NCBI RefSeq assembly: GCF_947568905.1
Contig: NC_079167.1
Coordinates: forward strand, 11,036,001 to 11,100,000
Direction: 5' to 3'
DNA from: Ostrea edulis
Taxonomy: Eukaryota
Length of the DNA stretch: 64,000 nt
Program-made: the position numbers and the translations under genes
The notes under the pieces: generated by a model
What the model saw: the letters and a program-made list of their open reading frames with translations, nothing else
What the model was told of the DNA's origin: nothing
Databases searched by the model: none
In this document: piece by piece, positions 61,797 to 64,000 of the stretch
How the letters are laid out: every line of letters starts with the position of its first letter
How positions within the stretch are numbered: the first letter of the stretch is position 1

Positions 61797-63479
61797 AGAT
61801 GGGTTTCTGGGGGTTCGACCCCCCCCCCTTTCGTCAGAAAATTTTACTAAAAAGTTTAAATTAACACATTTTGAGGATGGACCCCCCCCCCTTCTTTTTT
61901 TTTTTGAAAACCTAAATTAATGGTAGACCCCTTCCCCCCACCCTTTAAAAATTTCGAGATCAGTATCATAACGAAATTTGCAATGTATAAAACAGATGAT
62001 AGAATTCTGAAAGAGGGGAGAAGAGTAATGAATGGAGTAATGAATTGGCAAAATAATGTGGGACAAAAGCAATAGTAAGATGCAGAACAAAAATGTCTGA
62101 ACTTTTCACCGTGAGGTGAGGTGACAGGGAGATTATTAGTATGTGTGTTTATAGCTTGTTTACAAGATCATGAGGGTGAAATCGATTTTGGTCAGAGGAA
62201 ACGTGTAACCAATCGGAGTGTAAGAAATCAGTCACCAGAGGTCAAGCATTTGTATATATTATTTACAAGAAAAATGAAATTAAAAATTATGCAAAACCTT
62301 ACAAGTGAAGTTGATTATGCAACGCTAAATTATAGATTTTTCAAGGAAATAATTGTGTTGGCTTTGAGTTTGAATTAAAAGCCAATATCAATATTACAGA
62401 TTATTAAGATATAACAAATATGGTAAGGAATTTTGGAGGATGTACGGGGGTATAAATGCGAGGAACAAAGACAGAGTTCTTCAGTAGCTGAACAGAACTT
62501 TGTCTTTGGGCTTTCATTTATACAGGTAAGATATTGAGTATACTTGCGCATTTCTGAAATAACTTTTCAATTTTTCAGATGGCTTCGTTAATTTTTGTAT
62601 ATGAACTTTTATATTAATGTTTGTAATAATTATTGTATATTGTATAATATGAATTATAATCAATAATTCTAATGATGAAATGTTTCTTTAATAAAAAAAA
62701 GAGTAGCTGAACAGAACTTTGTCTTTGGGCTTTCATTTATACAGGTTGAACGAGATAGAGCTACTCCGTTCGGCCTGTGAACACACAAAGATCCCTGGTA
62801 CCTAATAAATATTTGCATATCACGCTTTGCGCCATAGTTGACTTCAAAATACTTCTTCCCCAAAACTTGTATATGAGCTATTACGAAGTTCGAGTCAGTT
62901 ATGGGGCGAAATAGGATATGATATCAGCCCGTTTTCACGTTTCGTAATGTCGTGATATATCCCTGAATTTGAGACAAATGAAAATGCTTGTAAACATGGG
63001 TAGAGTCTCATGTTATTTTCGAGTCCGGAACTCATTTTTAGGTGGATGTACAAACCATGCCGATTCAATTACCAGACAAATGTAATTAAATAATCTTTAT
63101 TTAAAGTCGGACATGGTAAAACAAAAAAACAAAAAAAAAAACAAAAAAAAACAAACAAACAAACCCCCCCCCCCCAAAAAAAACACCCCACCAATACATA
63201 CAACATTAGCTCTAACTTACCGACTCCTGGATATTATGATAATAATATAATAATAACAAAACATTGATATATCACTGTTATAAGACAAGTATAACGTATA
63301 TATATTGCAGACAAACCACATACGGTACATGTGCGGCCTACATGCAAACAGATACATGGGGCCTATAGAATAGAATATGATTTATTTCCAAATTAGGGCC
63401 CTCTCGGGCATACAGCATACATGATTGTTAACATTTCAATGTGCAATGACGATAAAAAGAAAAACAAAACAAGAGTAAA

Positions 63480-64000
63480 ATATGCACTATTAGTATGAGC
63501 AATGTTCATACATGAGACGTTTGAACATGATAATACTTATTTGCATTATATGTAAGTACCACCGTGTATCCTAATGCAAAACAGTCAGAAATACACATAG
63601 GGAAAAAAAATATATATATATATAGATGTCTATACATACACATGTACATAACAACTCTACATGTAATAATAGTAAAGGTAGTAAAGTACATATGATTAAC
63701 TCCACTGTAATGCAAAAGATACCACGGGACGGTGCATTGGTACTAGATCAACATGTCATGTTTATAATGAGTGCATATGTGCAATATGGTTTCATATGAT
63801 TCACACATAATATACAGTAATACTAGTAGTATGAGCTTAGACAATGTACATAACACGAGACATTACTTGATGTAATATATGTAAGTACCACCGTGTATCC
63901 TAATGCAAAACAGTCAGAAATGCACACAGGAAGAAAATAATAACAATATATGCAATGACACATAATAATAGTAATAGGCACGTAGTACAAGTACATATGA
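63480..64000. repeat. Degenerate ~330-bp tandem repeat running off the window
   Basis: tatatgtaagtaccaccgtgtatcctaatgcaaaacagtcagaaat at about 63549 and 63877. Confidence 0.7.

Overview
AT-rich, intron-rich eukaryotic (animal) genomic DNA. The repeat content (Cg170-like ~165-bp satellite inside Helentron/HINE-type elements, shared-core SINEs, RTE/CR1 LINEs) points to a bivalve, probably an oyster (inference). Three gene models were rebuilt by hand from GT-AG exon chains. (1) An intact 17-exon minus-strand gene (24845 to 15100, at least 1072 aa, first exon not found) encodes a single-pass membrane protein: VWA domain with complete MIDAS, an uncharacterised ~130-aa module (CCG..W.FY..LQIWRP..GD.VGW), six cadherin-like repeats, Thr stalk, TM and short tail. 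(2) A convergent plus-strand paralogue (7538-13474) has the same exon-phase series but several frameshifts and stops, so it is probably a pseudogene. (3) An intact 4-exon MFSD13A/TMEM180-like MFS transporter lies at 37245-46226 (489 aa). The rest is dense with mobile DNA: RTE and CR1/L2 LINE relics, nested SINEs, HINE elements, an IS3EU-like MITE with a 6-bp TSD, a Kolobok-like element, a Crypton recombinase relic, Penelope-like ends (one with a minimal hammerhead ribozyme fold), and several minisatellites. There is a 128-nt N gap at 25586-25713. No database searches or folding programs were run; coordinates were counted by hand.
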